Shown here one piece after another: positions 10,361 through 23,227 of a DNA stretch of 28,682 nt. This DNA is from Eledone cirrhosa (taxonomy: Eukaryota), in assembly GCA_964016885.1 (NCBI GenBank), contig CAXHJY010000945.1:1-28682 (forward strand). Reading direction: 5' to 3'. Numbering within the stretch: position 1 is the stretch's first letter; each line of letters begins with the position of its first letter. Below the pieces are notes generated by a model. The model was not told where the DNA came from and made no database searches. It was given only the letters and a program-made list of their open reading frames with translations. A program made the position numbers and the translations under genes.

Positions 10361-10575
10361 AAATTGGTTGCGCAATCAGATCGTCGGATAAAATTCCTTG
10401 CAGTATTTGTTTCCTCTATCTGCACTCTAACTTTGAATTCTGCTGAGGCCAACTTTTCCTTTCATGCTTTTGGATGGATAAATAATGTAGCAATCCATGG
10501 TAGTGGATTGGTAGAATTTTTAGAACTATTTCGGTATCTGCTCCACGTCTACGTTTGTGTTTAAATCCCGCTTAA
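10361..10575 (+). mobile_element. Highly decayed SINE copies
   Basis: 'tttgaattctgctgaggccaacttttcctttcatgcttttggatggataaataa', and a second head 'tggattggtagaatttttag...tttaaatcccgc'. Confidence 0.55.
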
Positions 10576-10785
10576 TGTTAACATGACAGGATGTAGACGC
10601 CTGTAAAGAAAATACCGAAGAAAATTCTTATGAGATTCTATCTCAGATGGGGTCGACTAAACATTCATATATGTATGTCGTAATAACAAATAAATGTGCA
10701 ATATATAAAATACTGAATCCAAGACATAACACAGAATTTATTTCTAGTGCTGGTTTTCATAAAATATTTTGTAGATTTTACTGAA

Positions 10786-11044
10786 ACGAGATCACAGCTC
10801 CGATGCAATGGGCATGTGCTTAGAATGTCTCAGGAAACAATCGCTGGACAGATTTCACAGGCAAAAACCAACTGGCACGAGACCCAGGGATAGACCCCGA
10901 GCAAGATGGTTGGATAGAATCCATGAGATTGGCAGGCCATGCTTGTGAATCCAGCCGGATCAATTGGAGATGGAAGGAGTGTTTGGGGACCCTTCCCCCA
11001 CGACCCTTTCAGGAAAAGATGGCGAAGAAGAAGAAGAAGAAGAA
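10786..11044 (+). mobile_element. RTE-clade LINE 3' fragment with (GAA)n tail
   Basis: RSQLRCNGHVLRMSQETIAGQISQAKPTGTRPRDRPRARWLDRI matches the RTE ORF C-terminal LRWxGHVxRM...GxRxRGRPxxRW motif; ends in (gaa)n. Confidence 0.85.
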
Positions 11045-11441
11045 GGGGAACGTACCACACATAATGCAATTTTAAACTATAGCTACTTACCGAAGGATCC
11101 ATGCCTCGCATCCTTTCACTAGTAATATGACTTATGGCTATGTAACATCCTCTCCTGGTCCCTCCTTGGTGTAAATAACTATCTCTATCATACAGAACTC
11201 ACTGTTATAAACACCAAGACGTTTTATAGTCACTGAATTTTACGATAATTTCCAACGTTGAGCTGAAATTCCCCCATGAGTTACCGAAAATGTCTTCTAC
11301 TCTTATAAACGAAGAGAGTTCCTTTTAGTGGTATTGGAATAAATATACATACATTCGTGTGTGTATAAATTTTATAGTTTGCTTGAAGTATTGTACATAA
11401 TATATAACATTGAATGAACTAGTAGGCTAAACAATACAAAA

Positions 11442-11729
<288 letters not shown>

Positions 11730-11860
11730 CCTGGGTTCAATCAGGCGTAAGCACAGTAGGTAAGGTACTCAATACATAGCAGAGTATAAATATTCAATAT
11801 AGAAATGGCTTCTACAGGACTAGAACTGGTTCATTCGAACGAAATCATCAAGAAAGCCGA
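11730..11860 (-). mobile_element. PLE-type tail with a decayed hammerhead (11807-11858)
   Basis: Minus strand ggctttc-TTGATGA-tttcgttcgaat-GAAC-cagttcta-GTC...gaagcc, followed by 'gtattgagtac', a motif also in the fold-back family leader. Confidence 0.45.
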
Positions 11861-11945
11861 TTGTCAATATATATATATATATATATATATGAAAATAATA
11901 GTCTTTTAGTCTTCACATTTATTATTATTACTATATATAACTACA

Positions 11946-11990
<45 letters not shown>

Positions 11991-12004
11991 CGTGCGTGCG
12001 TGTA

Positions 12005-12089
<85 letters not shown>

Positions 12090-12091
<2 letters not shown>

Positions 12092-12303
12092 GTAGTAGTA
12101 ATAATAATAAATGTGAAGACTAAAATCCAAAGAGGGCTCGATAAGGATAAATATATATCAAATATATAAGAACCCTAGAGCAAATATTTATTAAATAACA
12201 GATTAAAGTTTATGCAAAGAATCGCTGCTTTCACCCTTAACAGGATCTTCTGAAACTAAAAAATCAATCTGTGAACGCAGAAGTAAATATTTCGAAAAAC
12301 GTT
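12090..12303. repeat. Dispersed repeat: module A plus module B in direct arrangement
   Basis: See 4077-4250 and 13545-13659; 11905-11933 is an inverted copy of the start of module A. Confidence 0.85.
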
Positions 12304-12880
12304 GCAACCGAAGGAAAACAGGAAAACGATACTTTGGTTCGTGAAGACGTTCCCTGGCAACATACTTACATACATACATATGTACGTATTACGCAATGAA
12401 ATGGTTGTTTAACGCCAGACTTGTTTCTTTATGATATGATAATTTGGGATTATTTCTGAGTTTACAATAACGACAAGGTTCATTTCGCTCGAAAATAACT
12501 TGATAAAATACGCAATTTCACCGGGTGAAATCAACTAAAGAATCCCTTAAAGCGTATTTCTTTGTGCTCATATTTGTTCGTATTTGTAAGGAATAAATTT
12601 CCCTATGATACGAGATTATCTCACGCTCTCAGATTGTAGTTAATGGATATTTTCCTCCATTTACAGTAGAAATATCTTCGAAAACGGCTTGGAAAACTCA
12701 TAATCTCTAAACGTTTAGGTTAGTGAGGAAACAAAAAAGAACACATTGAACAATGCTATCCTAGATATACATAAATACGGGATGATCACAGATTTGATAA
12801 GATCACTCGATCAGGAATTTATCGGAGCAACACTCACCTCTTTGTGGATACACACACACACGCACATATATATATGTATG

Positions 12881-12960
<80 letters not shown>

Positions 12961-12961
<1 letters not shown>

Positions 12962-13963
12962 TAGCTGGCCCGTCCGGCTGGCGACCGGATAGGTATACAG
13001 GCATTTTATCTTTTCAAGAATCCCCCCTCCACTCCACTGCAATGATACCGCACCCCCTCTCAAGTCACCGAGGGGGAAGGGGTGTTAACGTGCTCTGATG
13101 TTGGGTTTTAATAGTTAAAAATCGGACTCAGTTTTGCAAGGACCTGTATGGCACACTGATGCTGTAATGCAATGTGGATGCAATCAGCTTGTGAACTCAT
13201 CTGCTCCAATCTGTCTTGTCCTGTCTGTGTTGCTCTCCTGCCTTCTGCACGCGACCTCAGTTGCTGAAGGCGAGACTGGCGCTGCTCTTCAGACTGGGCT
13301 GATCGAATGGCTCACGCTTGAGTCCTCATCTGTTGAACGCGACGTTCATGATCATCTTCAGACTCTCTTGCTCTAGTAACATTTTTTCTTCTGGAAAATC
13401 TGATCTTGCGGCCAGCATGGGACTTTTTGGGTGGCATATCGGCAGTAACAATGACGATAAGCCGTCTGTGCTTTCGTGAAATAAATAGGTTTGTTTATAT
13501 TTTGTTTTTGTGTATGCAAAAATATCTGTACACGAATATATATATTAAAATAACAGATTAAATTTTAAGCAAAGAATCGCTGCTTTCACCCTTAACGGGA
13601 TCTTCTGAAACTAAAAAACTCAATCTGTGAACGCAGAAGTAAATATTTCGATAAACGTTATCTAATGCAGACACCAGACATAAAGAGACATATTATAAGG
13701 GCGCTATGTATCTATCTAATCTAAAAAGACAGACTAAGAAAGAGTGAGGAATGTCGTATAACCGGAAGTGTTGACATTTGAAATTTTAAAGAAGTGAATA
13801 TTTAAATAATGTCTTTAATCTTTTAACAAAATTCAGTAGATAAAAATACCCTCACTTTTTTACTTGGAAAAAGTTACATATATGGTGCAAATTTGGTGCT
13901 GTTTGGTCTAGCCGTTTGGCGAAAAGTTTGTTACATACGGCCGTCAGCTTTATATTATATATA
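12961..13963 (-). mobile_element. Internally deleted (non-autonomous) Helitron, about 1 kb
   Basis: Minus-strand 3' end ccggtcgccagccggacgggccagCTAG|t (hairpin plus CTAG); 5' end 'atataatataaagctgac...aaacggctagaccaaacagcaccaaatttg' (canonical TC not preserved); RepHel-like N-terminus inside. Confidence 0.75.
13140..13437 (-). pseudogene. Helitron RepHel N-terminal fragment with R/E/Q-rich repeats (STPR-like)
   Basis: MPPKKSHAGRKIRFSRRKNVTRARESEDDHERRVQQMRTQA*AIRSAQSEEQRQSRLQQLRSRAEGRRATQTGQDRLEQM; one internal stop. Confidence 0.7.
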
Positions 13964-14038
13964 TATGTATATATATATATACACACATATATACGCACAC
14001 ACTCTCTCTCTCTCATACACATACATATATACACACAT

Positions 14039-14085
<47 letters not shown>

Positions 14086-14534
14086 CTCTCTCTCTCACAC
14101 ACACAAACGCGCATTTATATAGGTGTGTGTATGTGGGTGTGTGTAAATAATGAGAGATCGAAGTTTCAATATAACACATTTATACGTAATCACGCGTAAC
14201 ATGTATTTCGCAAATGACCAGCTCATAACCATAATCAATAACAATCAGCTCAAACTCTGAGATCAATTTACTTATCAGACGTAGAGATCATTTGTCATTT
14301 GTAAAATAAATAGTGCCTACATTGTCTCTTTTAGTTTCGTGAGATCATTTGGGTGACAAGACTATGCACACTTGATTACCTGTACAGGCATTATTTATTA
14401 GAATGCACAGCCTTTCCCAAATATAAAATGATCTACAGACATAATTCAATTGTATGTAAACACCCAAAAATGTTTACAAAATTTAAATAATGCATCTAAA
14501 ACAGAATTTAGTTTAATGCATTTTTTAAAGATTC

Positions 14535-14552
14535 TTTTTGGGACACCCTGTA
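14535..14552. mobile_element. Isolated Tc1/mariner-type TIR end plus TA
   Basis: Reverse complement TA-CAGGGTGTCCCAAAAA is a common Tc1/mariner terminus; no partner TIR seen. Confidence 0.55.
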
Positions 14553-15031
14553 TATATATAGAGATTTGTAGTCATGTGGCCTTTTTTTAAAACTATCCTA
14601 TGATAGACATCACACTGCCCGGTCTGTCTTTCTCTATTCTCCCTTCTTACCTTTTCTACGCCTCAATGTCATTTTTCTTTGTCTGCACGTCTATATTAAT
14701 CTTTCCTGTTTTACTATTCCTCTCCTTTCTATATTTTCCTCATTTGCCTAAATCACCCCGCATTGTTCTCTCCCTCTTTGTCAGTTGTCGGACATGAGGT
14801 ACATTTTCATTGTCATATTTGTGTAAATCGCCTAAAGGCATAACTTGTATCGATCTGTTTTGTTGTCCCAATGTCCACTGGAATGAATGGTATCAACTTT
14901 AATACCCTAGTGATTTTCAGAGGTTGATGGAGGAGATGGAACTGTCCGTCTTTCCAATGGTTTTTTTTCATTGTCTTTGTCCTATGGACCATATATTTTG
15001 AATATATTTATATATATATGTATATATATAT

Positions 15032-15156
15032 CAGGGGCGAAGGGTGCATGCAACGCATGCAGTGCAGGCGTTATAGAATCTTGAGTTGATCAATTGCGTC
15101 GGTTGAAGCAAGCAGAATTTTGGCTGCTTGCTAAATTGTAGACACATAAAAAGAAG

Positions 15157-15234
<78 letters not shown>

Positions 15235-15482
15235 TACACACACATACACACAAACACACGACAGCATCGGTTGAAGCAAGCAGAATTTTGACTGCTTACT
15301 AAATCGTAGACACATAAAAATATAACACACACACACTAGATAACCCCTACATGCGGCTTTGACCGGGAGGGTCATTTAGAGGGAATGCGGGGGGGGGGGG
15401 GGGGGTTAAGCGTCCACAGCCCCACTTTCCGCCATGGCGATTGGATTGTATGCTCTGCTTTATAGGTTACTCTTCGCCACTG
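15032..15482. mobile_element. Non-autonomous hAT-like element (MITE) in (TA)n
   Basis: TIRs caggggcgaagggt and cagtggcgaagagt (reverse complement of right end); 'atatatat' on both sides fits an 8-bp TSD but is not diagnostic; internal ~70-bp direct repeat (15096-15170, 15263-15335) around (CA)n; poly-G run. Confidence 0.75.
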
Positions 15483-15657
15483 ATATATATATATATATAT
15501 ATATATATAATCGGAGATTAGTTTCATAGTTGCAAACTGTAATTATCCCCGGAGACGGAACATCCTGACAGAGGTGGCTCAGTTCACTTTTCTGCACCTC
15601 CATGCGTACCTTACTTGCACCTCCCTGCATACCTGAACTATTATTATATATATATTA

Positions 15658-16046
15658 GGGCGGTGGATTGGCAGTATCGTTAGAGGGTCGGACGCCATGC
15701 TTTGTAGCATAGAGTTACGGCCCTTGCCATTCTGAGTTCAAATCCCGCCGAGGTTAACTTTGCCTTTCATCCTTACGGGGTCGATAAAATAAAGTACCAG
15801 TAATACACTGGGTAATTGCTGGCCTTGTGCCTAACGTGGAAACAATTATTAAGGGCAGTGGATTGGCAGTATCGTTAGAGGGTCGGACGCCATGCTTTGT
15901 AGCATAGAGTTACGGCCTTTTCTGATCTGAGTTCAAATCCCGCCGAGGTTAACTTTGCCTTTCATCCCTACGGGGTCGATAAAATAAAGTACCAGTAATG
16001 CACTGGGTAATTGCTGGCCTTGTGCATAACGTAGAAACAATTATTA
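15658..16046 (+). mobile_element. Tandem dimer of the tRNA-derived SINE (units start 15658 and 15853)
   Basis: Two near-identical full-length ~195-bp units with A and B boxes and the central domain. Confidence 0.93.
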
Positions 16047-16059
16047 TATATATATTAGC

Positions 16060-16338
16060 ATTGGGATGAACACGTTTCAAAACTCTTCTTATACCTTCCT
16101 TTACTGAGCTGCCATTCAAATCCTCAAGACTTCAGTTCTCTAGGAGTCAGTTTTGCTATGGTCATAAATAAAGCCGAGGTTCAGAGTTTCAAAGTTGTAG
16201 AATTGAATACAAGAGAATCGCTTTTTTCCCCATGGACATGTATATGTAGATTGTTCACGAGTGGTAATACCTAGAAATCTTCATGTACTATGCTCGAACG
16301 GCAAAATGAAGAATCTGGTGTATATAGTTCTCTCTTGA
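16060..16338 (+). pseudogene. Helitron Pif1-family helicase C-terminal remnant
   Basis: With frameshifts: LIPSFTELPFKSSRLQF/GVSFAMVINKAEVQSFKVVELNTRESLFS/HGHVYVDCSRVVIPRNLHVLCSNGKMKNLVY, matching RLQFP...FAMTINKAQGQS...FSHGQLYVACSRV...TKNIVY. Confidence 0.88.
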
Positions 16339-16351
16339 TACTGTAAACCAG

Positions 16352-16540
16352 ATAATTGTTTCTACTTTAGGCACAAGGCCAGAAATTACCCAGTGATTAC
16401 TGGTACTTTATTTTATCGACCCTGTAAGGATGAAAGGCAAAGTCAACCTCGGCGAGATTTGAACTCAGATCGTAAAGGGACGTAACTATGCTGGAAAGCA
16501 TGGCGTCCGACCCTCTACCGATACTGCCAATCCACCACCC
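16352..16540 (-). mobile_element. Full-length tRNA-derived SINE
   Basis: Reverse complement of the 15658 unit. Confidence 0.93.
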
Positions 16541-16874
16541 TTAAATCAGATAATATATCCAATACAGACATTTTTTTTTCTACCGGTCTTCTCTTATCAT
16601 GTGTTAACCGGGACGAAGCTGGGTACGTCAGCTAGTAACATATAAATGGCAGTAAATCAGGAAAGCATGACCAGCTTCATTAAAAACAAATTTTATATAG
16701 AGAAGAGGTAAGCAGGAAGAGCGAGGACAGAGAGAAAGAGGGAGAAATTGTTGGCGGATGAAGTGAAGAAGGTGATACAGAGAGAAAGACAATAAGATAC
16801 CAGATAGAAGACATATGAAGAATAGAATCAGCGATAGAAATACGAAGGTACAGATGCTAAATGAATAGAACAAG

Positions 16875-16920
16875 AAGAGAGAGATAGTGAGTGAGAGAGA
16901 GAGAGACGATGAGAGAGAGA

Positions 16921-16969
<49 letters not shown>

Positions 16970-17058
16970 TGTGTAAGAGGGAGAGTGTGTGTGAGGAAGT
17001 GAGCGAAAGAGAAAGAGAGAGAAAGAGAGAGAGGGTGAGAGAGAGAAAGAGAGGGAGA

Positions 17059-17120
<62 letters not shown>

Positions 17121-17125
17121 GAGTT
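16875..17125. repeat. (AG)n-rich microsatellite
   Basis: Direct reading. Confidence 0.95.
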
Positions 17126-17634
17126 AACAGAAGAAAGGACAGGTATATGAGTAACAAAATAAGAAGAAGAGAGAATAGGGAAAATGAGAGAAAGCCCAAA
17201 ATATATTACAATATAGTACGGAAATAGACTAAGATAAAGTCAGAAAACGAGTGAGAGAAAAAGTATTGGTAGTAAAGTATGTTGACAGAAAGCATAGAAT
17301 AATCGGGTTAGCTATGAGGGTTGGAACAGAAATCGTTTTATTGCGATAGGAGGTTCTCTTCTATTTTGTCTATCAGGTAACCTTTGACCGCAATTACTGT
17401 GCCCATCATTGTCATTTCATACAGCAGCACCCAATTAGATTTTCTTTCTAATCACTATTGCAACAGCTCATCCTAATCAAGTGAATTTGATTAGACTTGT
17501 TCCGTATCATGATAGCATTGTATTGTTAGAGATACGACAGCTTAGGCACACCTGATTCTGTGTAAAATTATATGTGAATATATCTATATATATATATATA
17601 TACAAACATATATATGTATATATATATATATATA

Positions 17635-18241
17635 TGGTGGCTGCCAACTCGTTTTCGAGTACGGCCACTACTTTATATCCATGTAGGAGAACCCCTACCG
17701 ATGCGCTGAACGAGTGCGACTTTTTAGTCCAGCCAGCGACTTGAAAACTCTGGTACAAACACTACACTTGTGACAATGATTGACACATAGTGCTGGACCC
17801 ATGGTACCATGTGACGACAAGTGCAGAGAGATCTCCAGATATAAAGCAATGCCTGTGCCGTGAAGCTTTTATAGTGAGCAAAGGCACTGCACAAAGCCAG
17901 TCCCACTCTCTTAACCAAGATGATATTTACCAAAATGAAGAACAAGTCAACATCATTGGATACCATCAGGGTTGCAGGTGTTATATCAAAGTTTTCCTTC
18001 TTCTAGAATTCTGCCTTGACGAAGGCTAAGGGGTCATCTCTCCCGGTGATTTTGGATGGCCATTGACTCTTTAGAGCTCTTTTGCCCTTTGACAGGTTTT
18101 GTTTTTAGTCCTGCAGGATGTCCAAAGTCACCCTCCTCACCAAGAAACCTTGGTGGGGTTGCCAGTTTAGTCGCCAACGACCCGACCATGGAACAGGTTG
18201 TACTGGGATACATGTTACCAGTAGCACCAACTGGTGACCTG
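17635..18241 (-). mobile_element. Bipartite non-autonomous RTE-derived element, copy 1
   Basis: RTE-like 5' UTR motifs ('ggcaaccccacc', 'ctagaagaaggaaaact') joined to the last ORF codons (C2H2 finger) and a 3' stem-loop 'ctcgaaaacgag'; highly similar to copies 2 and 3. Confidence 0.85.
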
Positions 18242-18286
18242 ACATATATACATACATATACATACATATATATATATACATATATT

Positions 18287-18340
<54 letters not shown>

Positions 18341-18343
<3 letters not shown>

Positions 18344-18527
18344 CTGTTTCTACTTTTGGCACAAGGCCAGCAATTACCCAGAGCATTACTGGTTCTTTAT
18401 TTTATCGACCCCGTAAAGATGAAAGGCAAAGTTAACCTCGGCGGGATTTGAACTCAGAATGGCAAGGGCCGTAACTCTATACGTCAAAGCATGGCATCCG
18501 ACCCCCTACCGACACTGCCAATCCACC
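18341..18527 (-). mobile_element. Full-length tRNA-derived SINE
   Basis: Reverse complement of the 15658 unit; abuts the fold-back element. Confidence 0.92.
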
Positions 18528-18530
18528 ATA

Positions 18531-18729
18531 TAACGAAGGAAGTGTGGTAAGGAACCAGTTGGACCATAACGCTCCAGAGTAATCAATACTTAGGGTAGTA
18601 GAGTGGGTAATAGGAAAATGTATAACACCGACGGCAGAGCTCAAGCCGTTTCGACGGCTATTTCTAGACTCAGTCTAGAAATAGCCGTCGAAACGGCTTG
18701 AGCACTGCCGTCGGGGTTATACATTTTCC

Positions 18730-18731
<2 letters not shown>
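18531..18731 (-). mobile_element. Fold-back family copy (subfamily 1, best preserved); 121-bp palindrome 18611-18731
   Basis: 60-nt arms matching at 58/60 around a single central base (18671); 80-bp unique leader. Confidence 0.92.
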
Positions 18732-18784
<53 letters not shown>

Positions 18785-18983
18785 TGTACTGGCAAAAACA
18801 ATGTAATATATACGTGGATATGCGTCAGTGGAATGTATGCATGCATACATTCTTACATATAAACATACGTGCATAAATACATACATATATCCATATTCTC
18901 ATCCACACTCACATACTCTCATATATATTCATACATACATATATGCATATATGCAAGCATATATACATACGTCCATACATACA

Positions 18984-19586
18984 TGGTGGCTGCCAACTCG
19001 TTTTCGAGTACGGCCACTACTTTATATCCATGTAGGAGAACCCCTACCGATGCGCTGAACGAGTGTGACTTTTTAGTCCAGCCAGCGACTTGAAAACTCT
19101 GGTACAAACACTACACCTGTGACAATTACTGAACATAGTGCTGAACCCATGGTACCATGTGACGACAGGTGCAGAGAGATCTCCAGATATAAAGCAATGC
19201 CTGTGCCGTGAAGCTTTTATAGTGAGCAAAGGCACTGCACAAAGCCAGTCCCACTCTCTTAACCAAGATGATATTTACCAAAAAGAACAAGTCAATATCA
19301 TTGGATACCATCAGAGCTGCAGGTGTTATATCAGAGTTTTCCTTCTCCTAGAATTCTGCCTTGACAAAGGCTAAGGGGTCATCTCTCCCGGTGATTGTGG
19401 ATGGCCATTGACTCCTAAGAGCTCCTTTGCCCTTTGACAGGTTTTGTTTTTAGTCCTGCAGGATGTCCAAAGTCACCCTCCTCACCAAGAAACCTTGGTG
19501 GGGTTGCCAGTTTAGTCACCAACGGCCCGACCACGAGACAGGTTGTACTGGGATACATGTTACCAGTAGCACCAACTGGTGACCTG
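18984..19586 (-). mobile_element. Bipartite non-autonomous RTE-derived element, copy 2
   Basis: As copy 1; encodes CHRCSVCTRVFKSLAGLKSHTRSAHR* (19044-19121); (TGTA)n-like sequence on both sides. Confidence 0.87.
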
Positions 19587-19683
19587 ACATACATACATAC
19601 ATACATACATACATACATACATACATACATACATACATACATACATACATACATACATACATACATACATACATACATACATG
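19587..19683. repeat. (ATAC)n microsatellite, the tail of the adjacent LINE
   Basis: Direct reading. Confidence 0.95.
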
Positions 19684-20915
19684 CTTATTGCTTCTTCATG
19701 TCAGAAGAGTGCCATCCCTTCATTGAACATTGCAAGATCATGTGCAGTGCACGCAGATGACTTTTCAGACCTGCTTTTGTTTTGCAGGTACGTTCACAGA
19801 TGTGACACTTGAACTGTCTGTCTTCTGGAAATACAAGTTGGGGTGTGTTTTCAGGCATTTTACCATGTCTGATCAGTCCACCCGCTGACTTGCAAATTAA
19901 GCCACACTCACTGCAGATATACCATGGAGTGTGTGGTGATAGAATCCTCTCACAGGTGGCTCGATTTCTCCTTGACTCGTATGATTTCAGATGGTTATTA
20001 AAACCATCTCTTGGAAGAAATTGGCCACATACATTGGGCCTTAATTCCTGCTGGATTTTTACATGTACTGCATTTGAGTCCTGCATACGATTTGAACGCT
20101 TCAAAACAGCATGCTCCACTCACTTTTTCTCAAAGACATCACATCCATATTTCATGATCTTTCTCCATATTGTACGGCCCTCAGCCAGTCTCTTCCAGTT
20201 CTTTATATCAATCATCAGAGCTTTAAGATTATCTTTTATGACATCCTTAAACCGCTTCTTTGGTTTTGTTGTGGCCTTTTCCCACTAGTCAGCTCCCCAT
20301 AAAATAGCTGTTTAGGCAGCTTTCCATCTTCCATCTGACCACATGACCAACACAATACATCTGGTTCATAATAATCTTCCTCTCAATACTGGTGCTACCC
20401 GCTTTCTCAAGTACCGCAGGATCTAGTGTGTAAGAGGACCATTTGATATTCAGAATCCGTAGAATACAATGCTGATGAAATCTTTCCAACTGCCTGATAT
20501 GATGCCTTAAGTTGTCCACTTTTGACATCCGTATAGCCAGGCTGTAAGAACACAGGCATCATACACAGGGAGATTTGTGTTTCTTGCGATACCCGATTTG
20601 ACCAGACTCGCATTTCAAACTTCCTGCAGGCAAGCCTCGCTTTCGCAATCCTTTGGTCTATTTCAGCATCGAGGCTACCATCTCTACTAAGTGTACTTCC
20701 GAGATACACAAAGCTGTCCACCACCTAAGTGCTTTTCTCTCACGAAAATGTCTAGCTTCACATACACTTTCCCAACTGGTGGACTGTAAAGGACCTTTGT
20801 CTTTTTTTTAATTTAGCCCAGTCACTGCATGTATTGCAGACGTTGTCCAATATTAATTACATGTCATCTACTGTGTGAGCCACAAAATCTACATCATCAG
20901 CATACCTGATATTCC
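19684..20915 (-). pseudogene. 5'-truncated, frameshifted RTE (BovB-like) LINE: RT C-terminal half plus C2H2 zinc fingers
   Basis: NIRYADDVDFVAHT (YADD at 20893-20904), VDSFVYLGSTLSRDGSLDAEIDQRIAKA, QLERFHQHCILRILNIKW, VGHVVR, CSECGLICKSAGGLIRH, CHICERTCKTKAGLKSHLRALH; 3' stem-loop then (TGTA)n. Confidence 0.93.
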
Positions 20916-21454
20916 TGTCTTAACAAGGAAATAACAGTTTCAATATAGATACGATTATACGACAAGATAAGTAGATTATGGCTGGAAAACCTTTGATTGC
21001 ATATTAGTTTAATCAGGGAAACCACTACCCTAACAGCGACAACGACGACGGCGGCGACGACGATGATATGGATGAGCAAACTGCCATGACTTTATTTATT
21101 TTTAATAAACATGTTAGTTTTGAAAAAATAAATGTCTTTGGGTAGTAGGCTCTACTCGCCACTCACGTTCTCCCACACGTTCTCTCACATTATAAAGATC
21201 AACTACATTAATCTTATCAGACTAAATGTTATATGTATTAATACATCTCCCCTTCTTTGACTAAATTATAAACAAAATGTATAAATATCTTGAACGTTAT
21301 GCTTCACTCTTCAGTCGTCGCTCTTTATAAGAAATAATTAGTACACACATACTCATGAAAAAAGGCAATGTTCATGCCACGTTCAGGGCTCCTAACTGCT
21401 ACTAAAGGTAATGTCTCTCCTCGACATTCTGTACTTCCTGAACCTTTTTAGACA

Positions 21455-21750
21455 TTGTACACATCATCCAATGTCTGCTTTTTTTTAAGACGATAGTAAG
21501 ATTTGGTTTCTGTTTCTAGCTGGTCGTAACACGCACATAAGAGAGCGGTTTATTGGTGGTACCGACCCATTCATTAAAGGCTCTCCTGCTATGACGATCC
21601 TTCTCTCTCTCGCTCCTTTTATTTTCAAACATATTATATCCAGGATATACATTCTCAAGTGTTCGCTTATTTTTTTAAGACAATGGGCTGTGGAGTTCTA
21701 CAGGTGTTTGATTGCCAATTCTACCAGACGTGTGTCCCTATTGAGGCCAC
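21455..21750 (+). repeat. Two decayed copies of a short dispersed repeat
   Basis: 'tacacatcatccaatgtctgctttttttaagacgatag...tttctagctggtcg' resembles 'tacattctcaagtgttcgcttattttttaagacaatgg...ttctaccagacg'. Confidence 0.45.
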
Positions 21751-22347
21751 TTCACTTTTATTGTTAGTTTCCTCCTTAGAATATTCATCGGTTTAGTTGT
21801 CGGGTTCTTGGATTATTCATATCTAATTTGTTAGTCTATTTTCTTCCATTTTTATTTGTATTTCTGTTTGTATTGCTTCGGTTGCCATTTTGAGTACAAA
21901 GGTTTCTATGTACTTATAGTGTTACAACCAGATGGTTTACTGCGTATGTGAAAAATAATGCATATGTAAATGATAGATGGAATATTATACTTTTACAGCC
22001 ATAGATAGGAAATAAAACAAACCAAGAATGTAATAAAAAAAAAAGAATAAGTTAACCATAATAGTTCTCAAAAACCATCTTTCCCCAACCCAGCTAACAT
22101 GGACTCACTCTCTGTCGCTTTTCCAAATATTGACATGGGCATCTTTTAAAATTGTATGACTTTTCTGTATCTCCTTTAACATAGATATAACACATATGCA
22201 AGCATATAAATGTTATATTGTTATTATTGTTATTATTTAGAGATAGGTGAATATACAAGCAAGAAAATATATGCAAATAATAATAAAAATACATCTATGG
22301 AAACTGCAAGTAAATGATGGTTTGTAATTTGCATCCATATTTGCAAG

Positions 22348-22882
<535 letters not shown>

Positions 22883-23227
22883 ACGTGTATGCGTGTAAGC
22901 AGAGACAACTTAAAGAGCGAGGGGGAGAAAGGGGAAGAGATAAACGAGAGGGGAGTGTATAGAAACACACACGTTATGTGACACAATTCACAAAGAAAAA
23001 GAACATAACAGCATAACTAGATTATTTATTATATATATTTATATTTTCAATGTAGAACATAAGCGACATCAGATATCTTCCTTTCTCATTATGCAAGCTA
23101 CTTTTTTAAGCATATTTTTTTTTCATTGAAAAGAGAGCGGAATCTTTCAATCAACAAACACAGAATTATTAAAAAGATATTCTGTGTTTTTAAATGTTTG
23201 TGTGTGTATATAGGTGTGTACTTGGTA

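Noticed and set aside
11086-11200. Possible minus-strand exon ending at a GTAAGT donor
   Set aside because: Weak acceptor, no recognisable peptide and no partner exon.
12795-12825. 'ttgataa-gatc-actc-gatc-aggaa' HHR-like hairpin
   Set aside because: Both core boxes are mutated; indistinguishable from chance.
17635-19586. Segmental duplication as the source of the two ~605-bp repeats
   Set aside because: Similarity stops at the element ends, and a third copy with the same ends lies on the other strand.
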